Positions 31,201 to 39,996 of a DNA stretch of 64,000 nt are shown one piece after another. This DNA is from an uncultured bacterium. GTDB taxonomy: Bacteria > Bipolaricaulota > Bipolaricaulia > UBA7950 > UBA9294. The stretch spans positions 5,396 through 69,395 of the forward strand of contig CAIOGO010000009.1 in assembly GCA_903857865.1 (NCBI GenBank). The letters are read 5' to 3'. Numbering within the stretch: the first letter of the stretch is position 1; each line of letters opens with the position of its first letter. The notes beneath the pieces are model-generated. The model made no database searches and was not told the origin of the DNA. It saw only the letters and a list, made by a program, of their open reading frames with translations. The position numbers and the translations under genes are program-made.

Positions 31201-34200
31201 ACGGCCTCCGGCCCACTCACCCAAACGAAGACGCTGGTGCGCGTCGTGCGCTCCAACTCATCCAATCCTTCCACGGTGACCTTGTACGACCCGCCGGTCG
31301 GCGGCGTGAACGCGAAGGATCCGTCGCCCCGCTCGTCCGTGACCAGCGATCCGCTGTCGATGTCGATGTCCTCCGTCGTCCACTTCCACGTCCCGCCGCC
31401 CGACGCGTCGGACTCGAACGTGTTCTTCCACTCGCGGCGAACCACCGTGTAGCGTACGGCGCGCCCACTGGCTCGTTCGCCGGCCCAGTCGATCGAGACG
31501 GCGTTCAGCGTCATCGCCCGGCCCGCCTGGCCGATCGTCTGAGCGGCGGCGAGGCCGGCGTAGAACGAGGCTTGGTGGACCACGATCGTGGTGCGTCCGG
31601 AGATCGTGGATCCGTCGCGGCCGTAGGCCGTGGCCTCCACGGTGAGGAGGCGGCTTCCTCGCGCGACTCCGCCTTCGGCCTGCGGATCGCGCGAGGCGAT
31701 GTCGCTCGGGAGTTCGATCAACAGAGCGCCCGAGGCGTCAGTTCGGCCGCTGCCATCGAGCACGGGCGTCGGCGGTGTCGGCGTCTGCCACCAGCAGCCG
31801 CGGCAAGTCCAGGGGTCGTCGATGTCGGAGAACGAGTACTGGCTAAACGCCGAGGGGGAGAACGTGTAGGACGACGATAGGACGCGCCACTCCACGCGCG
31901 CGTCGGCCACCGGAGCGCCGAAGAAGTACGACGCCTGAACCACGGCGTGCGCAGGGTCGCCCTTCGCGATTTCGTCTCGGTCAGCGGCGACGGTGACCTC
32001 GAACTCCGGCGCTCGGTACGCGGCGACCTGGAACGCGTGGGACTCCGACCGGTCTCCGACCTCGACGCTTAGCGTGTAGTCGCCGAGCGCCGCGTCGGCT
32101 GCGAGCGCGTGCTCACCGGAGATAGCGCCGAACTCGTCCAGGGCAAGCGTCTGCTCGTAGACCATATTCCAGTTTGCATCCCTGATTTGGACGTGCGCCT
32201 CGCGGATCGCGGGCAGCGCGTAGTGAGCGTCCGCTTCGTCGCGCAGGAGGGCGCGGAAGTAGACCGTTTGGCCGGCTCGGTAGATGGGGCGATCGGAGTC
32301 GAGGTAGGCGCGGCCGGAAGGAGGCGTCTCGCTAGTGAAGCCGAACTCCCATGGCGTGATTCCGTCGCTCCATTCCGAACTCGAGAAGGCGAACGGGCTC
32401 TTCGCGCTGACCGTGAGGCCACGCCAGTCGAGCGAGGCGGTGCCGGGGAAGCGCGCCAGACCGCGACTGTCGCTGACGTCGACGTCGACCGTCTCCCCGT
32501 CTGCGTTCATGCCCGACAGAATCAGTCCGGCCACCGGCGCGCCGGTCTCGAGATCCGTGGCCCAGACGAGGGTCTCGGCCTCCGACGTCTTCATGACGAG
32601 GTGCGTCGGCGTCGAGATGAGCACGTGACGCCCTTGCCAGCGACTCCACTCCACGCCGTCGGCCTGGAGGTCGATGACGTAGATCCCAGGGGCAAGAGGG
32701 CCGCCGTCCTCGACGAGGTCGATGGGCGTGTAGCCGACCTCGTTCAGCGGGGATGAGACGGCGACGGACCACGTCCGACCGCGGCCACGCGCGGGCGGCG
32801 TGAAGTCGTACCAGTCCCTCATCGCTTCGAAGTACTCGGGGAGGTCCACTTGCGTCAGCGTGAGCGCGAGGCGGCTGGTGTTTCGATACGCGACGACGAT
32901 GTGCGCCGGCTCGTAGGAGCTGTAGGTCCCCACGTTCCCGGGAACCTGCAGCCAAGTGGCCGGGTCGAGGGGCGCCGTCGTGAAGCGGACGGCCAGCTCC
33001 TGAGTCGTCTTGTTCCCGTAGGGGTCCTCGATTCCCGGACTGACGCTCACGGTGTACGTTTGGCTCGGCTGCGGAGAGAAGTAGATGACGTAGCGAAGGT
33101 CCCACGAACTGAAGTAGCCGTACACGTCCTCCGGTTTTGGGGCGGGCTCGATCGTCACGTGCTTGAGGACGGTGCCTTCGTTGACGGGTGCAGTGAACTC
33201 GATGATGAACGGCGAGTAGGGGTCGGTGTTCGTCTCGCCGGCGCGAGGCGTCGTTCCGAGAATCCGAAGCGTCGGCACAGTTCGGAACCGGAAACGGACG
33301 AAGTCGGTCGTGCCCAGTCCACCCGCCTGTGCGACTACGCCGGGTTCCAGCGTGACGACGTAGTGGCGGTTGAAAGCGAGGGGGGCGGCGGGTTCAAAGA
33401 CGAGGTCGTTTCCGTCCGCCGAGAGGGTTCCTTGCACAGGGGAGGTCCAGAGCCCGAAGGCCGAGACCTCTCGCACCGAGAGACGCTTGCGCGCGGACTC
33501 CACGCCGATCGGCATGTTGAACGTCACGCGCAGGGAGTCGATGAGAGAGACCATCTCATCGCCGTCGCGCGGGTTCGTCCACACGACTTCCGGCCGGACG
33601 GTCGCGAAACGCCAGACCACGTCCGAGGCGAGGAGACCGCCGGTCGTGTCGGACAGGCCCGCGCGAACGGTCACGGTGTACTCCGTTCCTCCGAGAAGCG
33701 GTTGGCTCGGGGTGAAGACGTAGATCGAGGTGTTCAGCCACTCTCCCGTGCCCGCGACATCGGGCTCGAAGGCGAGGGGATCGGGCAGGGGGGTTGTTCC
33801 CGGCGCGGACAGGGCCGAGAGCGCGACGACGGGGCGGTTGAACAGAACCGTGATCGAGCTGTCTGCGGCGATGCCGGTCGCGCCGTCGACCGGGACGACT
33901 TGCGTCACGGTGAGGAATCCCACCGTGTGTAGCCGCAACGAGAAGGGGTCTGCAAGCGGGATCGCGTTCCGGTCGCGGGCCGTGGCGGCCACGCTCACGG
34001 TGTAGACGGCGTCGCGTTCCCAGGGTTGCGACGGGGTGAATTGGATCGTCGCGTCCGACGTCCACTCCCAGCGTCCAGCCGTCTCGGGCGCGATCCCGAC
34101 GGCGTCCTCAAGCGAGGCGCGGTCCATCGGTCGGTCGAAGACAAGTCGGATCGCTCCATTGACAGCCAGTTCTTCGCCGCGCGTCGGCGAGGTCTCCACG

Positions 34201-34331
34201 ACTCGTGGAGGAGCGATCTCCGCGTTCGTCGCGGAGGATGCAGCGCCCCACGTCGGACACGCTGCCGCAAAGGCAGACACTCCCAAGAGAACGAGGACTC
34301 TCAACGCCCTTTCCGCCGACCTCATATTCAT
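28272..34331 (-). CDS. Bacterial alpha-2-macroglobulin with N-terminal Ig-like (Big_5) repeats
   Basis: DRPIYRAGQTV, YRAPEF, FADTAYW, PDNLTTW, thioester CTEQ, QNGDGGWGWW, and EDPLPAG. Confidence 0.93.
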   Translation of the reverse strand: MNMRSAERALRVLVLLGVSAFAAACPTWGAASSATNAEIAPPRVVETSPTRGEELAVNGAIRLVFDRPMDRASLEDAVGIAPETAGRWEWTSDATIQFTPSQPWERDAVYTVSVAATARDRNAIPLADPFSLRLHTVGFLTVTQVVPVDGATGIAADSSITVLFNRPVVALSALSAPGTTPLPDPLAFEPDVAGTGEWLNTSIYVFTPSQPLLGGTEYTVTVRAGLSDTTGGLLASDVVWRFATVRPEVVWTNPRDGDEMVSLIDSLRVTFNMPIGVESARKRLSVREVSAFGLWTSPVQGTLSADGNDLVFEPAAPLAFNRHYVVTLEPGVVAQAGGLGTTDFVRFRFRTVPTLRILGTTPRAGETNTDPYSPFIIEFTAPVNEGTVLKHVTIEPAPKPEDVYGYFSSWDLRYVIYFSPQPSQTYTVSVSPGIEDPYGNKTTQELAVRFTTAPLDPATWLQVPGNVGTYSSYEPAHIVVAYRNTSRLALTLTQVDLPEYFEAMRDWYDFTPPARGRGRTWSVAVSSPLNEVGYTPIDLVEDGGPLAPGIYVIDLQADGVEWSRWQGRHVLISTPTHLVMKTSEAETLVWATDLETGAPVAGLILSGMNADGETVDVDVSDSRGLARFPGTASLDWRGLTVSAKSPFAFSSSEWSDGITPWEFGFTSETPPSGRAYLDSDRPIYRAGQTVYFRALLRDEADAHYALPAIREAHVQIRDANWNMVYEQTLALDEFGAISGEHALAADAALGDYTLSVEVGDRSESHAFQVAAYRAPEFEVTVAADRDEIAKGDPAHAVVQASYFFGAPVADARVEWRVLSSSYTFSPSAFSQYSFSDIDDPWTCRGCWWQTPTPPTPVLDGSGRTDASGALLIELPSDIASRDPQAEGGVARGSRLLTVEATAYGRDGSTISGRTTIVVHQASFYAGLAAAQTIGQAGRAMTLNAVSIDWAGERASGRAVRYTVVRREWKNTFESDASGGGTWKWTTEDIDIDSGSLVTDERGDGSFAFTPPTGGSYKVTVEGLDELERTTRTSVFVWVSGPEAVSWRRSNDDRVTLISDKTTYQVGETAQILVPSPYPGEQWALVTVERGGVLSQQVLHLPSNSTVLPIPITDDHVPNIYVSVVLVQGRTAARAAGGLDTASMKVGYVTLSVDPEPRLLHVSLEGPQESLLPGQTASYTLTVTDAEGVPVQGQFSLDVVDKAILTLSPREPDRVASTFYGPRGLGVGTSSSLTLSLSRLVLEQLRDMGAANMTKVAAEGRGPLPGAPAPMMATAGLDEAAGRSSAAAQLPAGVALREAFADTAYWNPTVTTGADGRATLNVKFPDNLTTWVVRAVGITTDTKVGEGTTETLVTKPLLVRPVAPRFFVVGDRVRLAASVTNQTQDNLNVNVTLASAGLELEGPVGQTLRVLAGSESQAVWWVTVLDVEAVDVAWSATSGDLSDAARPRLTTGPEGTIPVHRYTAPEIVGTAGELRKAGGRTETIALPESYDPDTSRLDVRLDASLAAAMTEGLSYLEHFEYECTEQVVSRFLPNVLTYRALTLLGIEDEDLASRLHDLVLEGLEKLYVRQNGDGGWGWWADEASSPYLTAYATYALLRLQEADILVRPEVLDRATRRLESTLVSQEDLGTFREANRQAWILFVLSLAGRNDPAGLYADQLFDHRAKLSHYGKAFLAMALDRLGRPRTEIDTLLSDLVNESIQSATGMHWEEANYDGWAMNTDTRSTAVILDAFVALDPKNALLPNVVRWLMVARKSGIWETTQETAWALVSLTDWMVATGELDADYAFGVLWDGAQKLEGTATQETVRDSATVSVPGSELSTSDRHALTVFREEGPGVLYYTAHLNLQLPADEVGALARGIIVTRQYAPSGCDLDATCPDVREATVGETYEVRLTIIAPNDLYYVVVEDPLPAGCEAVNTTLDTTSVLETGPSIRRESSGGTSMRYPWWWWRWYSRSELRDEKVALFADYLPAGTYTYRYTVRAVQPGEFKVLPAIAREFYFPEVFGRSEGRAFIVLPSD

Positions 34332-34614
34332 GACTGCCCCCTAGTGGTTGTGTCGCGTCGTATGGTTCGTGCCACTGTGGTCCATTCCCGTGACCCCGTC
34401 AACCCGCCTGTAGCATACCCAACACCGCCGCCCCCTCCGTCGTTTCGTTCCCGCCGAGGCAGAGAGACTCGAGGGTGCGGGGAGGCGCAAGAGCAGCAGC
34501 CGGCGGATGTCTAACAGTAGGGTGTGGGTGGCACAATCAGGTCGTTGTTCCTTGACAAGTGAACAGAGACAGACCGAAACCCGCAGTGCGGGTGTTTGAA
34601 CCTCGATCTGAAGA

Positions 34615-34637
34615 TTGCGGCGGGTGGTCCGCCGCAA
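34615..34637 (+). other. Perfect 9-bp hairpin just upstream of the riboswitch
   Basis: TTGCGGCGG-gtggt-CCGCCGCAA. Confidence 0.5.
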
Positions 34638-34659
34638 TGCACAAGTCCTCATTCGAAGT

Positions 34660-34720
34660 ATCTACCAAAGGCAAACCAACCGAAAGGATGGGACGCAAAG
34701 CTACGGACCTTCTAGGCAGC
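34660..34720 (+). ncRNA. c-di-GMP-I (GEMM) riboswitch aptamer, 5' half only (G20 type)
   Basis: GGCAAACC-aacc-type stem with GAAA loop, then GGGACGCAAAGCTACGG, matching the known consensus. No clear 3' strand of its own. Confidence 0.7.
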
Positions 34721-34749
34721 TCTGCGTCGGCTCTCAAGGCCGGCGCGAA

Positions 34750-34846
34750 CTCTTGAGAAACGCAAACCAGGGGAAACCCTGGGACGCAAAGCCACGGACC
34801 CTCAGGCGACCGAAAGGCCGCCGGGTAGCCGGGTTGCCGCAGCGCC
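34750..34846 (+). ncRNA. c-di-GMP-I (GEMM) riboswitch aptamer, complete, C20 variant
   Basis: CGCAAACCAGGG-GAAA-CCCTGGGACGCAAAGCCACGG...GGTAGCCGGGTTGCCG. Confidence 0.9.
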
Positions 34847-34905
34847 TAATGGTGGCCGAGCCGCTAGATGCGCTCGAACAAACAACCATTAGGAGGTGCT
34901 TTGTA

Positions 34906-35376
34906 ATGAGGATGCTTAAGGTAGTGGGTATGGCGATGTTGGTGGCGGCGATGGTCGTTGGCATGGCAGCGGTTTCGTTCGCGGCGTCTTCGGCAGTGTC
35001 CGCGAACGCCTCGTTCTCGATTCCGTCGTGGATCTCTCTCTCCATCGTCGGCAACGGCGACGTGAGCTTCGCGAGCATCACCGGCCCTGGGACGTACAAC
35101 GGCTCGAACGGCACCCAGCTTCGCGTGCTGAGCACGGCGAACTGGTCACTGTCGAACACGATTCTCTGGGCGAGCCCGAGCTCGAAGATGCCTGTTGGCG
35201 CGAGCCAGGCCACGATTGACGCGAGTCTCCAGCGGACGTTCGACAAGACGTCCGGGGCCTGGGGTAGTCAGACGGTGAACGTCTCCTACAGGCTCGTCCT
35301 CACGAGCGACGACCTGGCGACCCTGCCGCAGGGCGACTACAGCTTGGTCGTCCAGTACACGGCGACGACGAACTAG
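34906..35376 (+). CDS. Secreted beta-sandwich protein, possible pilin/matrix subunit
   Basis: AGGAGG RBS, signal peptide, Ser/Thr-rich body, and C-terminal GDYSLVVQYTAT strand reminiscent of fimbrial/WxL/SCPU-type subunits. Confidence 0.75.
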   Translation: MRMLKVVGMAMLVAAMVVGMAAVSFAASSAVSANASFSIPSWISLSIVGNGDVSFASITGPGTYNGSNGTQLRVLSTANWSLSNTILWASPSSKMPVGASQATIDASLQRTFDKTSGAWGSQTVNVSYRLVLTSDDLATLPQGDYSLVVQYTATTN

Positions 35377-35410
35377 CCGCAACATCAGCAGAACCACCCT
35401 AGAGATGAAG

Positions 35411-35440
35411 GAAAGGGGGCGGCGATCCGCCCCCTCTCCG
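35411..35440 (+). terminator. Putative intrinsic terminator
   Basis: AGGGGGCGG-cgat-CCGCCCCCT followed by pyrimidines. Confidence 0.6.
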
Positions 35441-35670
35441 TCTGTCCCCTGTTCACGACGTCTCATGGATTCCTCAAGCGAGCCTCACAGATCCCTCACA
35501 ACGACCTTCTAGGCTCCTTCTGTTCTAACGAAAGTTAGACATCTCGCACCCCCGATACCAGCCCTCCGGGAGAGGGACATTCGTGTCCCTCTCCCTTGGC
35601 TTTTCAAGGCCTCGGTGTCCTCTTCCCCTTTCCCTCAGCTCTCCCTTCTGGGAAGATAGAGGCGAGGATC

Positions 35671-36483
35671 ATGCTGACCAAGGCCGAGACGCGCGTTGTG
35701 GTGTCACTCCAGGAGAAGAAGGCTCGCGAACGCCTCGGCCTCTACGTCGCTGAGGGGGACAAGCTGGTCCGCGAGGCGCTCGCCCTCGGGTGCGCCGTGG
35801 AGACCGTCTACGCGATTTCCGGATGGATTCGTGACACCTCGAGTCTGTTGGAGGCTTTCCCGGGAGCAGTCGTCGAAGTGTCCGCCGACGAGCTGCGCCG
35901 GCTGAGCGCGCAGAAGACACCGAACGGCGCTCTTGCCCTCATTCGGCAGTCCCGCCCCCCACTCGACTGGAGAGCCATCGGTGCGGACCTTGTGCTCGTC
36001 CTCGACGCGGTGCGGGACCCCGGCAACCTCGGCGGTCTCCTTCGCGTCGCCGCGTGGTTCGGGATCGCGGACGTCGTGGCGTCGCCCGACAGCGCGGACG
36101 TCTTCCAGCCCAAGGTTGTGCAGGCAAGCATGGGCGCGCTCTTTCACGTGCGTGTGCACTCTCTCGAAGTGGCGCCGTTTCTCGTCGAGGCGCGGGATCG
36201 CGGACTGCCCATCTACGGTGCGGTGCTTCAAGGGGACTCGATCTACGAGGTCGACCTTGAGCGCCGCGGCCTCATCCTGTTCGGAAACGAGTCCTCCGGC
36301 CTGTCGGAGCAGCTGCTACGGTTCGTGTCCCATCGCCTCGTGATTCCGGCGTGGCGAGAAAGCGGTCCCGGACGGGATTCCCTCAACGTGACGATGGCCG
36401 CCGCCGTCGTCTGCTCCGAGTTCCGTCGCCGCGCCTCCCGCTCGGGTGCTGGCGAGGAGGAACGCCGCAAAGTACGGGCGTGA
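35671..36483 (+). CDS. TrmH/SpoU family RNA methyltransferase
   Basis: DPGNLG, ASMGA, FGNESSGLS, and SLNV. Confidence 0.92.
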   Translation: MLTKAETRVVVSLQEKKARERLGLYVAEGDKLVREALALGCAVETVYAISGWIRDTSSLLEAFPGAVVEVSADELRRLSAQKTPNGALALIRQSRPPLDWRAIGADLVLVLDAVRDPGNLGGLLRVAAWFGIADVVASPDSADVFQPKVVQASMGALFHVRVHSLEVAPFLVEARDRGLPIYGAVLQGDSIYEVDLERRGLILFGNESSGLSEQLLRFVSHRLVIPAWRESGPGRDSLNVTMAAAVVCSEFRRRASRSGAGEEERRKVRA

Positions 36484-36527
36484 CCCGCCGGAGTACAATG
36501 CCGGCACGAGAAGAGGGGGGTCTAGGC

Positions 36528-37835
36528 ATGGTTCGAGTCAGGTTTGCGCCGAGTCCGACCGGGTACCTCCACGTCGGGGGAGCACGCACGGCTCTGTTCA
36601 ACTGGCTTTTCGCACGGCACTCCGGCGGCGCCTTCGTGCTGCGCATCGAAGACACGGACCGCGAGCGATCGACCGACGAGGCGATCGAGCAGATTGTCGC
36701 CTCGCTGCGCTGGCTCGGACTGGACTGGGACGAGTACTACCGCCAGGCCGAGCGTCACGAGCGCCACCTGGAGGCGGCGGAATCGCTCCTTCGCTCCGGC
36801 GCCGTGTACGAAAGGGACGGCGCGTGGTGGTTCCGCGTTCCCGAGGCTGGCGCGACGGTGGTTCACGATGAGCTCGTCGGCGACGTCCGCTTCGACAACG
36901 ATCAACTCAAGGACTTCGTCATCCGACGCTCAGACGGCACGTTTGTCTACAACTTCGTCGTGGTTGTCGACGACGTCGACATGGGCATTACGCACGTCAT
37001 TCGGGGCGACGAGCACCTGAACAACACGCCGAAGCAAATGCGCATCTACCAGGCGCTCGGGTACCCGATGCCGCTGTTCTACCATTTGCCGATGATTCTG
37101 GGTGCAGACCGCGGGAAACTGTCCAAGCGGCACGGCGCCACATCGGTTCTCGAGTATCGGGATCGGGGAATCCTGCCGGAGGCGCTGGTCAACTTCCTGG
37201 TTCGCCTCGGCTGGGCATACGGGGACGAGGAAGTGTTCGCGCGTGACGATCTGGTGCGGCTGTTCGCACTGGGGGACCTCAACAAGTCCGCGGCCGTGTT
37301 CGAGGACGCTAAGCTCCTCTGGCTCAACCAGCAGCACATGAAGCGCGCCGATCTCGATTCGCTCGTCCATCTCGTCGAGCCGCTGGTCATCGCTCGCGGT
37401 CGCGTGACAAGCGAGATGTGGGCGCGCGTTGAGTCGGAGCGACTCCGCGTCGGCGCGAATCTCCTCCGGGATCGAGCGAAGACTCTGCATGATCTGGCCG
37501 CGACGATGGAGATCCTCTTTCCGGTCCCCGTCGAGTGCGAGGACGGAGCGGCCGTGTCGGAGACCCAAGCGCGCCTGATGCGCGCTGTGGCAAGTGCGAT
37601 CGAGTCTCTCTCGCCCTACACGCCGGAGACGATCGAGTGCGCCGTGCGGGGGGTCCTCGAGCGTGAGGGCGCCACGCTGAAAGACGTTGCGCTCGCCTGT
37701 CGCCTCGCCGTGACGGGCCGCAAGGCGGGTCCCGGGCTGTTTGAGATTCTCGCTGCGATCGAACCGGCCACGGTCGTTGCGCGGCTGCGCGCCGCTCACG
37801 CCCGGCTGAGCGGCGCGGGGGAGGGCGGCTCGTGA
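36528..37835 (+). CDS. gltX: Glutamate--tRNA ligase
   Basis: RFAPSPTGYLHVGG, LRIEDTD, IRGDEH, KLSKR, and a C-terminal anticodon-binding domain. Confidence 0.95.
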   Translation: MVRVRFAPSPTGYLHVGGARTALFNWLFARHSGGAFVLRIEDTDRERSTDEAIEQIVASLRWLGLDWDEYYRQAERHERHLEAAESLLRSGAVYERDGAWWFRVPEAGATVVHDELVGDVRFDNDQLKDFVIRRSDGTFVYNFVVVVDDVDMGITHVIRGDEHLNNTPKQMRIYQALGYPMPLFYHLPMILGADRGKLSKRHGATSVLEYRDRGILPEALVNFLVRLGWAYGDEEVFARDDLVRLFALGDLNKSAAVFEDAKLLWLNQQHMKRADLDSLVHLVEPLVIARGRVTSEMWARVESERLRVGANLLRDRAKTLHDLAATMEILFPVPVECEDGAAVSETQARLMRAVASAIESLSPYTPETIECAVRGVLEREGATLKDVALACRLAVTGRKAGPGLFEILAAIEPATVVARLRAAHARLSGAGEGGS

Positions 37836-38968
37836 GGATCGCGCTTCTCGCGGCGGGAGTCTGGATGGCGCTTGCCGCAGCGGGTGGCGGGGTGGAGGTC
37901 CCTCTCGATGTCGTAGACGGCGTCACCTCGCTCACCACAGAGGGCTTTCTGCAGGCGATCGGTCTCTCCGGGCCCGGAACCCTTGAGGGGACCCTACGGC
38001 TTTGCGGCTGCGACCGCGCCGTGCGCGTCGAGTTTGCCGCCGACGGAGCGCCTGGACTCTTGGCCGACCTCGCCGGACGCGGTGTTCTCGAAACGATAGA
38101 GTGGGACGGCGTCTCTGCGGACGGAAGCTACGTGGCGCGGCCCCAGTTCCTGCTTCCCGGCGAAGTTGGCGGGGAAGAGCCCGCCGCCTATCGCCTCCTC
38201 GTGATCTGGAATCCTAACCTTCCCACCGTGCTTGTCTACATACGCGACACGTACCGCACCGGGCGGGCGGAGTTGGGTGGGCGAGCCGTGCGTCTGGCCG
38301 TACTCGACGAGGACAGCGATGGCGCGTACGACGATCTCCAGCACAACGCGCTGATCGTCGACGTGGACGGCGACGGCAAGCTGTCGGCGGCCGGAGACTC
38401 CCACGAACGCTTCGTTCTCGGCGAGCCGTTCTTTCTGGATGGACGGACCTACGCCGTGACGGTCGCGGCGCGAGACGGCTCGAGGATCACGGTCAACGAA
38501 TCCCCGGTGCTTGCGACTCCTAAACTTCCGCTTCTTCCCGGCTTCCCGGCTCCACTCTTCGAGGCGACCGATCTTGAAGGACAGCGTTTCTCGCTCGGCG
38601 AGCTGCGCGGATACATCGTCCTCCTCTACTTCTGGGCCGGCTGGTGCGCCCCGTGCGTGGCGGAGCTTCCGACGATTCGGCGCGTGCAGGAGGACTATGC
38701 GTCGCGCGGCGTGGTCGTCGTCGGCGTCTGCATGGATCGCAGCGAGGCGGCGTGCCGCGCTGCTGTCAGCGACCACGGGATTGCGACTGCGCAGATCTTC
38801 GACGGGTCGGCCGGAGCCCTTGGCGCGCTGTATCGGATCCACGGGATCCCCATGACGTACCTGATCGACCGCGACGGAAGGATCTGGGCCCGTGGCCTGC
38901 GTGACGAGGCCCTGCTGGCCGAGGTCGACGTCCTCGTGTGCCGCGTGCCGGAGGGTGACGGGGGATGA
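37832..38968 (+). CDS. Exported TlpA/redoxin-domain protein with N-terminal extension
   Basis: Signal peptide, FWAGWCAPC, and GIPMTYLIDRDG. Confidence 0.85.
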   Translation: MRIALLAAGVWMALAAAGGGVEVPLDVVDGVTSLTTEGFLQAIGLSGPGTLEGTLRLCGCDRAVRVEFAADGAPGLLADLAGRGVLETIEWDGVSADGSYVARPQFLLPGEVGGEEPAAYRLLVIWNPNLPTVLVYIRDTYRTGRAELGGRAVRLAVLDEDSDGAYDDLQHNALIVDVDGDGKLSAAGDSHERFVLGEPFFLDGRTYAVTVAARDGSRITVNESPVLATPKLPLLPGFPAPLFEATDLEGQRFSLGELRGYIVLLYFWAGWCAPCVAELPTIRRVQEDYASRGVVVVGVCMDRSEAACRAAVSDHGIATAQIFDGSAGALGALYRIHGIPMTYLIDRDGRIWARGLRDEALLAEVDVLVCRVPEGDGG

Positions 38969-39996
38969 GACAGGCTCTCGCCGTTCTCCTCGCAGCTCTT
39001 GGTCTCTGTGTCTTTTCGGGCGCCGTTTGGCCCCAGGAGGGAATCCTCACGTTCGCGGTGGAACCGGATGCGCTTGACGTTTCTGCCGGCGGGCAGGCAG
39101 TCGCGCGGGTGCGGATTGTGAATACGACGGCACGGGAAGCAGATGACATCGAGCTTGTGTGGGCGGGTCCGGAGGGATTCTCTCGTGATCCTGGCCCCGC
39201 GAGCGTCGCCGTGCTCGGTGCGTTTGCGTCCACCACCATCGAGCTGACCGTTGTCGTTGAGGCGACAGCGCCGCAAGGGGAGACGCGAGGGCATCTTGAG
39301 GCTATCTACACGTACTGCATCGATGATCTCTGCTATCAGATCGTTGCGCCCCTTGTTCTGACGCTTCGCGTCGCCGCCCCGACGGGAGCAACTCCGGATA
39401 CTACGAGCGATGTCGGAACCCCGGCAAAGGCGGAGATCGAGATCCCGGGTCGCGTTCCGTGGCGGGGAGTCGCCTTCGGAGTCATTGGGCTACTGCTCGC
39501 TGTGGCAGGGCTCCTCTGGCGAACGCGACACCGCACGGTGCTCGCTGCAACCCTTGTCATCGCGGGCGGCGTGGCCCTCGGACTCGGCGTGTCGCTCAAC
39601 CAGCACAAGCAGGCGCAGGCCGTGGGTGCCGTGCTGTGCACGTCGTGCGTCGGGATCGAAACCGTGCAGACCCTGCGCGCCCGACTGTCGCTATCCCAGG
39701 CGGCTGCCGTCGAGCAGCTCACCGCACCGATCGAATTGCTTGTGTTCTACGCGCCGTGGTGTCGGTCCTGCCCGTACGCCGAGGAGTTGGTCGGCCTCGT
39801 CGCAGCCCGCAACCCGCTAGTTCGCTATCGCCTCGTGAACGCTGAGGCAGAGCGCGACCTCGCCGTCCAGCATGGAGTCACGCGCGCCGGGCGAACCGTC
39901 GTCCCGGCGATCGTCCATCTCGGAACGGGGAAGGTGCTGTTTGGAGCCGAGGACCTGGGCAATCGACTCGTCTCCCTCCTGCAGGAGGCTCCATGA
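38965..39996 (+). CDS. Membrane thioredoxin-family fusion (DsbD-alpha-like + 2 TM + CxxC + Trx domain)
   Basis: YTYCIDDLCY, two TM helices, CTSCVGI, FYAPWCRSC, and the VVP cis-Pro motif. Confidence 0.75.
   Translation: MRQALAVLLAALGLCVFSGAVWPQEGILTFAVEPDALDVSAGGQAVARVRIVNTTAREADDIELVWAGPEGFSRDPGPASVAVLGAFASTTIELTVVVEATAPQGETRGHLEAIYTYCIDDLCYQIVAPLVLTLRVAAPTGATPDTTSDVGTPAKAEIEIPGRVPWRGVAFGVIGLLLAVAGLLWRTRHRTVLAATLVIAGGVALGLGVSLNQHKQAQAVGAVLCTSCVGIETVQTLRARLSLSQAAAVEQLTAPIELLVFYAPWCRSCPYAEELVGLVAARNPLVRYRLVNAEAERDLAVQHGVTRAGRTVVPAIVHLGTGKVLFGAEDLGNRLVSLLQEAP

Noticed and set aside
34552-34580. Perfect TTGACA upstream of the riboswitch
   Set aside because: There is no acceptable -10 hexamer at 16-18 bp spacing (CGAAAC), so it was not called as a promoter.
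34615-34905. N-terminal extension of the 253-aa ORF 34615-35376
   Set aside because: It overlaps the riboswitch. The RBS and signal peptide place the real start at 34906.
35569-35594. Hairpin GGAGAGGGACA-ttcg-TGTCCCTCTCC
   Set aside because: It occurs once in the window with no supporting context, so it cannot be assigned as a REP element, sRNA or terminator.
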